Positions 45,836 through 59,283 of a stretch of DNA of 64,000 bases are shown piece by piece. The stretch spans positions 26,040,001-26,104,000 of the forward strand of contig NC_086105.1 in assembly GCF_963921235.1 (NCBI RefSeq). The letters run 5' to 3'. Position numbers and translations under genes: made by a program. This DNA is from Mobula hypostoma (Eukaryota). Position 1 is the first letter of the stretch, and each line of letters begins with the position of its first letter. The notes beneath the pieces are model-generated. The model did no database searches and had not been told where the DNA came from. It saw only the letters and a list, made by a program, of their open reading frames with translations.

Positions 45836-46455
45836 CGCCAGCATCCATCTTTTCTTGTAGAGATAATTTAAGGTGTTAGTGCTTTATATCATGAGAAGCA
45901 CTTCCTTAACACAGGTTATAAAAATAAATGCCGAATAACAGAAGAACGACTTGCTTCTTTTAAAGACCGTGCCAACAGCTGATTCTGCTAATGGTGCCAC
46001 TAAAACAGGGTTGGCGCAGCGATGTGGGAAACTTGAAATCAGGATGGCGAAAATTATGTCCAAACCAGCAGTGGAACTGGATTACTGATTGCCAGATTTG
46101 AGGTGGTCAACCTGTATTTAATTTTTGCATAAGCTTTGTTCAGTTTCAACTTGTATTCCTTGCAATTTTCCATCCCTCTGTATCCCTCATTGTTTTCAGT
46201 TTCAAGAAGCCTGGAGAGAAGGTACACAGTGTTTTAACACTTCATTTTGATATAAACATAACAGCTCTGCAAATTGGTGACTATTCCATTAATGGAAAGG
46301 TCACTTTCTGTGGGCCTAAATATTTCAGCAATTACTTTGTGATACATCTTTTTGATTGTACTGTGTTGTATGACATGCAGCCTGACAATGTAATCACTAA
46401 GAATTTTCATTTGTAAGTCGGGCTCTGAATGTCTTGCATTTCTTTTATATCGTAG

Positions 46456-46496
46456 ACTGTGTTTGAATTATCTTCTCGTCAGAAAATGTGGCAAAG
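46456..46496 (+). CDS. ERGIC2: ERGIC2 exon 6
   Basis: TVFELSSRQKMWQR; gtag| ... |gtaaga. Confidence 0.92.
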
Positions 46497-47164
46497 GTAA
46501 GAAACAGATTTTAAATGGTTTTTTAAATATCATTTAATAATATAAAGTATGTGCCAACTGGTTTGTCACAAATATTGCTGTGACTGTTCATGTTTAATAA
46601 TTCAAAATCTGAGATGTAGAATTTCTTGTGTGTTTGCTGAATGCAGCAAAATAAACATAATTCTCCTAACAAGCTTCAATTTCTTCCACAATGTGCCTTC
46701 AATTAGAATGCAAGCTTTGGGAAGATTGTTTAAGGTCATAAAATGTTCATGATCTGTTTATCAATGCCTTATGTTCTCTGGCCTACTTGTGAATATCATG
46801 GAGGAAGTCATCTGTCTATATCTTCTTAGATTCTTTCAGTGGTAGAATATAACTGAATGAATTATTGAGAGAATTTGCAAGAGGAAGCAACATCCATAGC
46901 CATGTTATTTTATTCTAGGGAAGGCAGGTTGACAGTTAACCAGTAGGGAAATATCACAACCAAACAATTTGTTTATTTTTGTCTGTCGTGCAGAATTTTT
47001 TTTGACTTGCCATTCCAATTTGGTCATCAAAATGAAAATCTGCAGGTTCATTAGATTTATTACTGTTAAAATGAATTGGTTATATTGCATAAGTAGCATG
47101 CTGATGTTTTAATTAGAATACAGAAATAGTTGTGGCGCAAATAATTTGATGTTTCCTGTTTAAG

Positions 47165-47266
47165 AACACTTCAAAAGATTCGCAAAAAAGTGCAAGAAGA
47201 ACACTCTCTTCAAGACCTTTTATTCAAAAGTGCTTTTAAAGGCTCCCCAACTGCATTGCCACCAAG
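47165..47266 (+). CDS. ERGIC2: ERGIC2 exon 7
   Basis: TLQKIRKKVQEEHSLQDLLFKSAFKGSPTALPPR; tttaag| ... |gtaaat. Confidence 0.95.
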
Positions 47267-47319
47267 GTAAATAATCCAGCTAAATTTGATTGTTGAAACT
47301 TAACAAAGTTTGTTCTAGA

Positions 47320-49130
47320 CTATATCAATTACTGATTGAGTGGAGAGCTCAGGCTTTTGCTCATAGAGGCTTCAGAGAGGAGAGGCAAAGGCTGTAGGTA
47401 GATCTTTTTGTTTAATTTTTCTTTCTTGCTCATTGCATTCCCACTGGCACTATCCTGCCTTTGGAAATGAAAGGCAGGATAGTGGGATGCTCCTCTTGCG
47501 TGATGTGACCTTGCCTTCATGACGACCACATTTGCAGGCAGTGCATCCAGCTGCAGTTTCTTTTAGACCATCTTAAGGAATTGGAGCTGGATCTGGATGA
47601 AGTCCAGATCATTCGGGAGTCTAAGGGAGATCAACAGTTCATACAAGCAGGTAGTTACACCCATGGTGTAGGACCCAGGTAATTGGTGACTGTCGGGGTG
47701 GGGGAAGAAATAAGGAATTAGGTAACCAGTGCGGAGTACCCCTGTTCCCCTCAACAACAGGTATACAGCTTTGATTACTACTGGGGGGGGGGGGTGTCAC
47801 CTAGCGGAGGAAAGCCACAGCAGTCTGGTCTCTGGTGCTGAGTCTGACTTCTTGGCTCAGTAGGAGGGGATGGGAAGAAGAGAAGTGCAATTGTGATAGG
47901 GGATTCCATAATCAGAGGAGCATATAGGAGACTTTGTGGACGTGAAAGACACCCTGGTGGTTTGTTGCCTCCCAGGTGCCATGCTCAGAAATATCTCGGT
48001 TTGGGTCCACATCCTTCTAATGGGGTGAGGGTGAGCAGCCAGAAGTCATGTACATGTTGGTACCAATGACATGGGTAGGAAAAGGCAGGAGGTTCTGAAG
48101 CTAGAATATAGGGAGTTAGGAAGAAAACTGAAAAACAGAACCTTCAGGGTAGTAATTTCTGGATTGCTCTCTGTGCCAGGTGCCAGTGAGGGTAAGAATA
48201 GGAAGACTTGGCAGATGAATGTGTCGATGAGGAATTGGTACGGGGGCAGGGTTTCAGTTTTCTGGATCATTGGGACCTTTTCTGGGGAAATTGACCTGTA
48301 CAAAAAGGACTGGTTACACCTGAACCCGACAGGGACCAATACCTTTGCAGGCAAGTTTGCTAGTACTGTCGGGGAAGGTTTAAATTAATTTAGTGGTGGG
48401 GTGGGAACCAGAGTAATAGGGCTGAGGATGGGTCAGTTGGTATACAAGTAGACATAGAGCGTAGTGAGACTGAGAGGCAGGCAGATGATAGGGCAAAATT
48501 GCAGTCAGTGCGATCAGTTGAAGTGTAACATGGGAGCATAATTGGAAAAGGTTGATGAATACAGGACTGTAGGTATTGTATTTGAATGCATGTAGTATAC
48601 AGAATTAGTTAGATGATCTTGTCGCACAGTTAGAGATCAGCAGGTATGATATTGTGGTCATCACTGAGTCATGCCTGATCATAGTTGGGAGTTTAGCATC
48701 CAAGAATGCACATTGTATCAAAAGGACAGGCAAGTATGCAGAGTGGTGTGGTGGTGCTTGGTTAAAAAAAATCAAATCAAATCCTTAGAAAGGTTACATA
48801 GGATTAGATGATGTAGAATCCTTGTGGGCAGAATTAAGACACTGCAAAGGTAAAAAGACTGTGATGAGAATTAAATACAGGCCTCCAAATAATAGCCAGG
48901 ATTTGAAATACAAATTACAATGGGACATAAAAAAAAGTCATGTTAAAAAAGGCAATGTTACAATAGTCATGGGGGATTTCAATATGCAGATAGATTGTGA
49001 TGGATGGCAAGATTCTGGAATGGTTCCAGACGACTGGAAAATTGCAGAAATCACTCCACTCTAAGAAAGTAAGGAGGCAGGAAAAAATAAATTGTACGCT
49101 AGTTAGCCTAACTTCAGTGGCTGGGAAAAT
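47320..49130 (+). mobile_element. CR1 LINE 5' portion (ORF1 esterase, endonuclease remnants); a Penelope fragment follows at ~49130-49250
   Basis: VHVGTNDMGRKR, RVVISGLL, DWLHLNPTGT, YRPPN, VMGDFN motifs. Confidence 0.85.
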
Positions 49131-50578
49131 GTGGGGAATAGAAGAAGAGGGAAGTGGGGGGTGGGGAGTATCAGAAGGAGAAATTGATGTTCATTCCATC
49201 TGGTTGGAGGCTACCTAGATGGAATATGAGGTGTTGTTCCTGTTGCTCCAATGCTTCCTTTGGATTATTGTAAGACCAGGAAATGGCCCAGAAAATATAG
49301 CTCACACCTTCACCCCAAATGTTATAGTCAATTCAGTCTTGATTACTGATGTCCGGATTACTCATTCCTGTACATGCAGTGTTGGAATTCCCAGTATAGA
49401 TTATGAACCTGTTGTGTCACAGTCAGTTCAGACATTAAACACTTGTTGAAAGAATGATATACCTATCTACATAGCACTCAAGTGATCTAATTTAGTTTTA
49501 ATTATGTTTATACTATATTGAGAAAAAAAGTTAAATCAAGCATCTGCAAATGCTGTTGGATATAGAATGAATTGACTGCACATAGGTTCATACTTCACTG
49601 AGATGTCTAATTTGTGGATTATCAGCCTAAAGAGGCCATAAAGGCAGCAAGCAGTTCCAGGATCTTCCTGGTTAAACATATTTATATGTTTGCTTTATAA
49701 TGAGAAAAGATATGCGGTGCTGACTGATGAGCAATAATTTGTAATCTCCGGTTTTCAGAATTAATGTTGCAGAGTGATTGAGACATTCAATCATTCTCAA
49801 CCTGAAGGACAAAGTAACTCGTACTACATTTAGTTCAGGTGATGATGCTAACTACACCACATTCATGTTTCGATCTTTTGTTTTTTCCATGTTGTATATG
49901 GTACAAATTTTTAAGTTGTGAGATTGCACAAATCACAAATAAATACCTTTGAATTATTAAGTATTAAATTGCACCATATAATAAAGTAAACTACTTTGTT
50001 AATTTAATAAAAGGTTTCTTTGTTAATTCAATATTCAATTTATTTTTGTAATGTATATAAATGTCATAGGAATTTCATGGTAATTCTTGAAAATGTTCAT
50101 AATGTTACATACAGAATCAGAATTGTGCATTTTATAGGCAAAAGAATTTTTTAGTTTAATGGATTATCATAACTGATATCTGTTCTTTCTTATCTTCTAA
50201 TATTTGTATATCTGTGCACTTGTAATGCTACTATGACACTAATTTCCTTTGCGATCAATAAAATGTCTATCTAATATGCCAACATAATTTTGGATGCTTG
50301 GTAGATAGGGGATATAAATAGATAAATGAAACTTAACCTTTTTTAGTTTCAACATTAGGCTTGACAAGATTGCAGACTGAGGTGTCTGCACTTCTATGTG
50401 TAAAATAATGCAATGTTTCCATTTTCCACAATTAGTAATCTTAATATTTCTGAGCACTGATTAGTTTTGAAATCATTATGTTCAACTCTTACGTGTTCAT
50501 TCGTATTTGTAAATATTGGTTGGTTGTGACTACAGTAAATTTAGTAACCACAAAGAAAATTATTTTTAATATTTGCAG

Positions 50579-50674
50579 GGAAGACAAATTATCTTATCCA
50601 CATGATGCCTGTAGAATACATGGACATTTGTATGTCAACAAAGTAGCAGGAAATTTCCACATAACTGTGGGCAA
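50579..50674 (+). CDS. ERGIC2: ERGIC2 exon 8
   Basis: EDKLSYPHDACRIHGHLYVNKVAGNFHITVGK; ttgcag| ... |gtatgt. Confidence 0.97.
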
Positions 50675-51649
50675 GTATGTGCATTTTTAATATACCATTA
50701 ACTCTTACTTTCTGAAGCAAATAACTAATTGGTTTCCACTGGTATTTAAATTTAGAAATTTTTATGAACATTATAGTGTGAGGTTATTTCTGCCATCATT
50801 CTTGTGCTGTGTGTGGTATGCAAACATTGGTAGGACTAGTTCAAAGAGACTGTTCAGAAGACATACATACTTACTTCTCTCCCTATTCACTTCAATCTGT
50901 GATCAAGTGTCCAACTTGGCTATAGATACTTAAAAGTACTAATACTTTGAGTTTCAAGAGGCAAGATTGTAAACAACTTACTGGTAAATTTGATTGTTGC
51001 TTTAATATCTTGTTGGTATGGCAAAGCTGGGAAAGAAAGGTCCATCCAATATTTGGTAATTAAAGTTTACTAGAGATTTACATGGATCATTCAACTAAAA
51101 CATTTTCAAATGCACAGAGTTAGTGTATAGATTGCATAACAACTATGCAGGAGCTACTAAATGGATTAAAAAGAAGATTGAAAAAAATAAAAACAGAAAA
51201 TGTTAGAAAAGCTCAGCTTGTCAAATACCATCTATGTAAAGAAATTAAGTTTCAGGTCTGAGACTCTTCCTGAGAACAGATTTTCATATGAAGAAGTTTA
51301 GGTAATATTTTTCTTAAAGAAAATACTTCGATAAAGGAATAAAGTAGTTGATCTGTTAATTACCTTTTTATAGCATGGATAATTGCTTTGTGCAAATTGA
51401 CTGCAATGGTGGTGATTCTCGATCCTGAGCATATAGCTAAGAAGCAGGATCTGTAAAGTGGTGTAATTATTGCAAGGTATAGACACTTGTATAAGTGCTT
51501 TTATTATGGATTTTTAACCAAGGTAGATTAGAGTAAGATTTGTTCAGATCTAAAAATAGCAAATTTCTTGAGTGTGTTTAGGATATTTTTTCAGCAAAAA
51601 AATGTTAATCTGCATTCAAAGTCAGAAGTTGAAAATTGAGCATGTTAGG

Positions 51650-53395
51650 ATTAACGTTCTGAGTTGTGTACTTCAATGTAGGGAATATTGTAGAGAAGGC
51701 AGATGATCTTAGGGCATGGATCAGCATGTGCAATTATGACCATTAGTGAGACTTGGTTGCAGGAGGGGCAGAATTGGGAGCTCAAATTTTCACGGTTCTG
51801 TTGTTTTAAACTTGGTAGAGCAGGAGGGAATAAAGGGGCATTACGAGTTAGGGAAAATGTCACAGCATTGTTCAGTCAGAGGCTATATGGGTGAAACTGT
51901 AGAACAAGAAAAGGATGACTATGTTAATAGGAATTTATAATAAATCACGCAACAGTCTGCAGGATTTATAGGGGAGATTTGTAGAGAGATTGCAGGCTGT
52001 TGCAAAAAACAAAAGGTTGTGATAGGTGATTTTAACTTTACACATACTGACTGGGACTGCCATACTGTAAAAAGGTGAGATGGCATTGAGTTTGTTAGAT
52101 GTGTTTAGGAAAATTTTCTTAATCAATAGATGGAGAGGTCCCAAGTAGAGACAGGAGGTCTTGTGTTGCACTATTAGGGAATGAGACAGGGCAGGTGACA
52201 GACGTTTGTGTAGGGGAACACTTTGCATTTAGTGATCATAATGCCATTAGTTTCAAGGTAATTATGGAGAAGGATAGGTCTGGTCCTCGGGTTGATGTTC
52301 ACATGCTTTGTAAGTGGGAGGCCTTCAAAGGTGACATTTTGAGAGTATAGAGTTTGTATATTCCTGTCAGAATAAAAGGCAAGGATAGCAGGTTTAGGCA
52401 CCCTTGGTTTTTAAGAGATATTGAGGTCTTGGTTAAGAAAGAAGGAGCTTCATAGCAGGTATAGGCAGGATGGAACAAATGAGGTACTTGATGAAGTGCA
52501 GGAGAACGCAAGGAAGTCAGGAGGGTTAAAGAAGACATGAGGTTGCTCTAGCAGATAAGGTGAAGGAGAATTCCAGGGGCTTTTACAGATATGTTGAGAG
52601 CAAAGGATAGCAAGAGACAAAATTAGTCTTGAAAATCATCTCTGCATGGAGCTGAAAGAGATGGGGGATATCTTAAGTGGGCTTTGTGCATCTGTATTTA
52701 CTTGGGAGACAGAGTCTACAGAAGTGAGGAAAATAGCGGTGACCATGTACAGATTACTGAGGAGGAGGTGTTTGCTGTCTTGAGGCAAATTAGGGTGGAC
52801 AAATCCCCAGGGTCAGACAGTGTTTCCTGATGAGATGTTATGTTGAAGTTGTATAAGATGCTGCTGAGGCCTAATTTGGAATATTGTGTGCAGCTAAGGT
52901 TACCTACCTACAAGAAAGATGTCAATAAGATTGAAAGAGTGCAGAGAAAATTTACAAAGTCGTTGCCAAGACTTGAGGACCTGAGATGCAGGGAGAGGTT
53001 GAATAGGTTAGGACTCATTCCCTAGAATGTAGGAGAAAGAGGGAAGATTTGGTAGTGGTATACACAATTATGAGGGATATGGATAAAGTAAATATAAGCA
53101 GGCTTTTTTCACTGGGATTGGGTGGGACTAGAACTAGATGTCATGGTTTTAAGGGTGAAAATTGAGATGTTTAAGGGGTAACTTATTCACTCAAGTCTGG
53201 TGAGAGTGTTAAATGAGCTACCAGTGGAAGCGATGGATGCAGGTTCGATTTCAACTTCTAAGAAAAACTTGGATCGGTATATGTATAAGAGGGGTATGGA
53301 GAGCTATGATCTGGATTCAGGTCGGTGGGACCAGGCAGATTAATAGTTCAGCATGGGCTAGATGGACTGAAGGGTCTGTTTCTGTGCTATGACTG
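51650..53395 (+). mobile_element. Internally deleted CR1 LINE
   Basis: ISETWLQEGQ (endonuclease); the DKSPG region is joined directly to LYKMLLRPNLEYC at ~52830; CR1 3' UTR follows. Confidence 0.85.
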
Positions 53396-55257
53396 ACTGT
53401 ACTCAAACATGAAGGCAGGTGATTTTAGATTGCTTCCATTTATTATTCATTTGTTTTTAAATCATTATCGTATTTGATTAACTTCAAGCAGTTGCTAAGA
53501 CAATTCACATTAAACTGGGCATGCCTGAAATCCCAATAATTTTTTTTTATGTTTGAATTAATTAAAAAGAAATCCAGCACTTAGGAATGATGTATTAACA
53601 TATCTAAAAGCACAGGCCACTCGAAAGATTAAACAGGATTAGCCACTTCTTTGGCAAGGAAGACAGAATGTTTCAGGTCAATGATCTGTCATTGGAACTA
53701 AAAATAAGTTAAACAGTTTTTCAGATGCATTGTATGGGATAAGGGAAAAAAGAACAATTATTAAGGAACAAACATGCAGCAGAATGCAGGAAAGATGAAA
53801 TGATGACTATACTGTAAGGCAAAATAGAATGGTAATAAACACAGGATAAGTTCAGAAGTGATATTAGTAGAGATAGGAAAATAATTATTTGTGCTGAAGA
53901 GCTCTTGAAAGACTTTTCAAGTTTATGATGAGCTTTGTTGAAATTGTGAGGGAGGTCAAGGATGGAAAGTTTTGGGAAGTATAGCTTAAGGGTATATGAC
54001 ATGAAAAATCAGGGTTAGAATTTTTGGGAGTATAATTCTGGTGTGGTAGGATTTTGGTATTACATCTGCAAGTGGCATTCTAGCTTGTGTTTCTTTAAAG
54101 CAAAGGTAATAAAGGGCATATAAAGATCAGCCATGATCTCATTGATTAGTCAAATAACTTAAAAGGATTAAATAGCCTATACCTTTACACTGCGTACTTC
54201 TGTGGGGAATTTTAACCAAAGTGAAAGTCAACTTTCTCCATTTTTATGCTCAATGAATTATCAATAAGGCACTAGGAGACTTTTCCACATAAATTGATTC
54301 AGAGGTTCCTGGTGGGGTCGGGGTGGGGGGGGGGGTCACCATTCACATGCCACCACCATCCATTTACTGTAGGCATATAGAAAAAATATGCTTTTGAAAT
54401 TTATTGGAGCAGATTGTGGCCTTAAATCTCACTAGGTCCAGCATTCACCATACCTACGAAGCTGCTCAGAAAGTTTGACAAAAGTATTACAAACTTTTAC
54501 TCATTGCCAAACCTGCCAATGTTTTTCAGAAGCATTCAAAATCCCATTAAAATAAAATGACATAACCATTAAATTTTAATAATTAAAATAATTATTTAAA
54601 ATAAATACTTAAAAGTTCACCTATCCCAAGTGATAAAACATAATGAACAAAGAGGAACCAGTAGGCTTGGTGTTTTAAGGACTTGCAGAAGGTATATGAT
54701 AAGGTATCACAAAAAATTATTGACACCAGGATTGAAGGCAATTGCTACAGCCAATTTATTCCTGTTATTTGGTTGTAAGCAATTTCTGCTTATCCAGTAT
54801 TCAATGTAAAATAAATATTTAGCTGTTTGAATGTGACAGAAGCATTTAAAGAGGTGATGGTGAGGAGGAGCAGTGTGTGGAATCATGCACATTAATTTAT
54901 AGTACTCAGATAATTTCTGACCATTTCTCTCTCATGATCTTGGGATATATCCCATCAGATACTGATGTTTGGTTTTCTTTTAACTAACAACGAAAAGGAA
55001 AATTTCTTCTCTGCATCATGAACCTACTCTTAGGTAGCTAAGATTTGGTTCTCTCTAATATTCTCCTCATTAGCAATATAATTATTGCTTTCTACATTAA
55101 GATGATCCCTTGTTCATTTAATCTATTATACACATTCTTCAGTTTATTGCGTTTTAGTAACTTAGTTTGATATTAATTCATTTTTCCTTAATCTCCTAAC
55201 TTATTGACTTGCTACATCAATGTTATGCCAAGGTTTTTTTTTCTCTATTAGTTGATT

Positions 55258-56700
55258 CCATAAGATATAAAATATTGGAGCAGAATTAGGCCATTTGGCC
55301 CATCGAGCCTGCTCCACCATTACATCATAGCTGATCCATTTCCCTCTCAGCCCCAGACTCCTGCCTTCTCCCCGGATTCCTTCATGCCCTGAGTAATCAA
55401 GAATCTATCAACTTCTGCCTTAAATATACTCAAAGATTTGGCCCCTACAGCCGGCTATAGCAACAAATTCCACAGATTCTCCATTCTCTGGCAAAAGAAA
55501 TTCCTCCTCATCTGTTCTAAATGGATATCCCTCCATTTTGAAACTGTGTCCTCTGGCCTTAGACTCCCCCACTGTAGGAAACAACCTCTCCAATTCTACT
55601 GTATCAAGGCCATTCAACATTTGATAGGTTTCAAAGTGATTTTGTTTTCTTTCCCCCACCCCATTCTTTTGAATTCCATTGAGTACAGGTCCAGAGCAAT
55701 CGAACTCTTCTCCTTTCAATCCTGGAATCATTTTCATGAACCTCCTTTAAATTCTCTCCAATGTCAGCACATCCTTTCTTAGAAAGGGGCTCAAAACTGC
55801 TCACAATATTCCAAATGAGTCCTCACCAGAACCTTATAAAGTGTTAGCATTACCTCCTTGCTTTTATATTCTAAACCTCTCAAAATGAATGCTAACATTG
55901 TATTTGCCTTCCTCACCGCTGACTCAACCTGCAAATTAACCCTTATGGAATCCTGCATGAGGGCTCCCAAGTCTCTTTGCACCTCAGATTTTTGAATTTT
56001 CTTTCCATTTAGAAAATAGTTATGCTTTTATTTCTTCTGCTCATGTGCATGACTGTACACATCCCAACATTGTGTTCCATCTGCCTCTTTGCCCATTCAC
56101 CTTTATCTGTTTAAGTCCTTCTACAGCCTTTCTATTTTCTCAACACTACCTGCCCATCCACCTATCTTTGTATGGTCCGCAAAGTTGGCCACAAAGCCAT
56201 CATTCCTTCATCCAAATCATTGTCGTAGAATGTAAAAAGCAGTTCCAACACTTTGAAACACCACTGGTCACTGGCATCCAACTAGAAAAGTCTCCCTGTA
56301 CCTCCTGCCAATCAGCCAATGCTTTATGCATGCAGTATTTTTTTTATGGGGCTTTTAGTTAAGCAGCCTCATGTGCAGCAAATTGTCAGTGGCCTTATGA
56401 AAATCTAAGTACATAACATCCATCGATTCCCCTTTATCTATCCTGCTTGTTATTTCTTCAGAGAATTCTACAGGCAAGATTTTTCCACAAGGAAACCATG
56501 CTGACTTTGGCCTGTTTTATCATGTGCCTCCAAGTACCCCAAAACCACATCTTTAACAATTGACTCCCAACATCTTCCCAACCATTGAGTTCAGACTATC
56601 TGGCCTATAAATCTCTTCCTTCTGCTTCTCTCCCTTCTTTAAGAGTGAAGTGACATTTGCAATTTTCCAATCTTTTGGAACCATGCCAGAATCCTTGAAA
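55258..56700 (-). mobile_element. CR1 RT/3' fragment
   Basis: QRDLG, LYKVLVRTHLEYC, ARGHSFK motifs; CR1 3' tail at 55258. Confidence 0.85.
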
Positions 56701-57411
56701 GATCAATTGATGTTCATTTCATATTTGTCAGTTCTATTTTGAATGGTCTGTGTCTTTTGCGGAATAGTTCTTATTATCTATGCTAAAACGAATGACCACA
56801 TCCAAAAATCCTTTTCAGATATCACATTCTTACCAATACATTTTTCTTTTTTCATTTTACCATTTTCTGTGCTGGAGAATACCTCTGTAAAAATCGGATC
56901 TAAAGCCTGTTTCCCAGACTTAAATTCATTTTGCAGAACTTTGGACCTTTCTTTACCAACATCATGGCTCTTACAAGACCATGGAAATGCATTTCTCTTT
57001 ATCCTTTATGATTTTGTTTTCCGGACCTGTCCTAGTATTTTCAACAAAGTGTTCAAGATGCTGTCTTTACTTGGAGTAGGACTAGGGAAATTAACAGTAA
57101 TTTTATATTGTTAACCAAATTCTCTCGTTGACCTGCCACCACTCACAAGCTGGCCTCTTCTTTGCTACCCTGCACTCATTTTTTAATTGAAGTCTTACCT
57201 CTTCTCACTAAGCTGAAGTTTATGGTCTGCATGGGGAAATAAGCAGCAGATTATATTGAATGATGGCTTTATTGATAACTATTAATACGTTGTGACTTTT
57301 TCAACAGTTCACTATTAAAAATACTGGATTACTGGATTCTTTGGGACTGTATCCAGTTGACAAAAATTCTTTCATATTAATTTCCAATGGATAAATTCTC
57401 TGCATTTTTAG

Positions 57412-57467
57412 GGCAATCCCTCACCCAAGAGGTCATGCACATATGGCAGCTCTTGTTAGTCATGATG
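57412..57467 (+). CDS. ERGIC2: ERGIC2 exon 9
   Basis: AIPHPRGHAHMAALVSHD; ttttag| ... |gtaagt. Confidence 0.96.
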
Positions 57468-57611
57468 GTAAGTGTTGATGAATTCTCGTGCAATATTATT
57501 ATAGGTTGATTAATAAAGAAAAATGCTGTGTTTTATATTAAATACATGATAGTCATTAAAATCATTATAAAATGTGGACTGCTAACTAGAGGGCACTTCT
57601 GTGTACTTTTT

Positions 57612-57978
57612 CAGCTATGGCTCAGTTAATGGCATTTATCTCTGAGTTAGAAGGTTGCTTAAGTCCTGCTCCAGGGATTTAAATGCAATCTATGCTTATA
57701 TTCCAGTGCAATCCTGAGGGAGTATTGTACCATCAGATGTCCTGCTTTTTGGATAAATCTTTACTGCAAGATTCTGTGTACCTTAATGGTTTTTTTTTAA
57801 TCCTATTGCACTATTCACAAAAGATTAGGAAAGCTCAGGCCAACCAACATCAGTAAAGCGAATTATTTGGCCTTTATGACTTTGCTGTCTGTGTATATAT
57901 TATTACTGCATTTCTAACATTTCAAAAATATAATGCACTTCAAACATTTTTTATTGGATGCAAACCACTTTGAAACAA
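57612..57978 (+). mobile_element. Old Deu-domain SINE (SacSINE1/AmnSINE1-like)
   Basis: tRNA-like head TGGCTCAGT; TCCAGTGCAATCCTGAGGGAGT and ATCCTATTGCACTATT resemble the recalled Deu-SINE core. Confidence 0.55.
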
Positions 57979-58350
57979 TACCTGCCCATCATCTCCCTCT
58001 GGTGCTCCTCCCCCTTTTCTTGCTTCCATGGCTTTCTGTCCTCTCCTTTCAAATTCCTCCGTCTCCAGCTATGTATCTCTTTTGCCAATCAACCTACCAG
58101 CTCATTACTTCACCGACCACCCCCCCCCATGCTTCACCTGTTACCTTATGTTTCTTCCTCCCTAACCACCAACCCCCACCTTCTGACTCTGACTCCTCAT
58201 CTTTTTTTCTCCAATCCTGATGAAGGATCTCGACCCAAAACGTCGACTGTACTCTTTTTCCATAGATGTTGCCTGGCCTGCTGAGTTCGTCCAGCATTTG
58301 GTATGTGTTGCTTGGATTTCCAGCATCTGCAGATTTTTCACTTGTTTGTT
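57979..58350 (+). mobile_element. Penelope pLTR with mutated hammerhead (CTGATGA at 58217; GAAA changed to AAAA)
   Basis: Pyrimidine-rich pLTR; CTGATGAAGGATCTCGACCCAAAACGTCGACT followed by a 3' tail similar to copy 1. Confidence 0.75.
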
Positions 58351-59184
58351 TCACAGCTGCTGGGTATTCCCTGGCATCCCACCAAAGTGGCTTTACTTCA
58401 TTTAAGAGCCTCGAAAGTGAGAATTGTTCATGAACCGGGTCATCACAGGGATTGTCACAGTTTAGTTGGCAAGGATCCACTTCTGTAATTCCAGCAGTAA
58501 TCAATGGATAGCTATCATGTCTGGGAATTGACTGATTCTTCCCGCCCCCCCCCCCATTAAAAAGCACTTACAGCCAATTACCCACTTATATTAGTTATCA
58601 AATGTAATCAGGCCTGATCTTTGCTGAACCATGTGGCATATATATCAATCAGTGGAAGTAAATTAGATTTAAAGTTGCTTTTAATATATCACAGCATTAT
58701 CATTCTTTTAACTGGTTTCTAAAAAGTTTTTTAACCCAAGCCCTGTTTTACTTCTACTGTACGCAAGATTTAAAGTAACTTCTGTAAAATATAATGATAA
58801 AATTCACCGAGACAATGTTTTTAACCACTTGGAGACACTCTTCAAATAGTCTGCTCCACAACAAAGTCTTCAAGGGATTAAAATTGCATTTAAGATTGCT
58901 TCATTTGAATATTAATTTTCGTGTGCTTAATTTTGACCACAATTTCTGAAAAGAATAAATTGTGTCTGAGGAAGATTTGGAGAGGAAAAAGATAAGAAAT
59001 GCTTGTAAATCTAGCATTTCAATGCACTAGCTTAATTCTGGCTGTTTTGTTGCTATAAAATGGACGATTTTAGGAAAACATTGAAATTTACATGCACAAC
59101 CAACAAGTTTCTGAAGAGTTGTTTGATATATTCATGAAAATGGAAGACTACTGCTGTATAATAATCTTTAAAATTTATTTTCAG

Positions 59185-59283
59185 TGTACAATTTTTCACA
59201 TCGAATAGATCACTATTCATTTGGAGAACCAATTCCAGGAATTATCAATCCACTAGATGGAACAGAAAAAATTGCTATTGATC
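59185..59283 (+). CDS. ERGIC2: ERGIC2 exon 10
   Basis: YNFSHRIDHYSFGEPIPGIINPLDGTEKIAID; tttcag| ... |gtgagt. Confidence 0.97.

Noticed and set aside
45371-45871. ORFs containing X runs
   Set aside because: Artefacts of the N gap. ERGIC2 exons 5 and 6 join in frame, so no coding exon is required in the gap.
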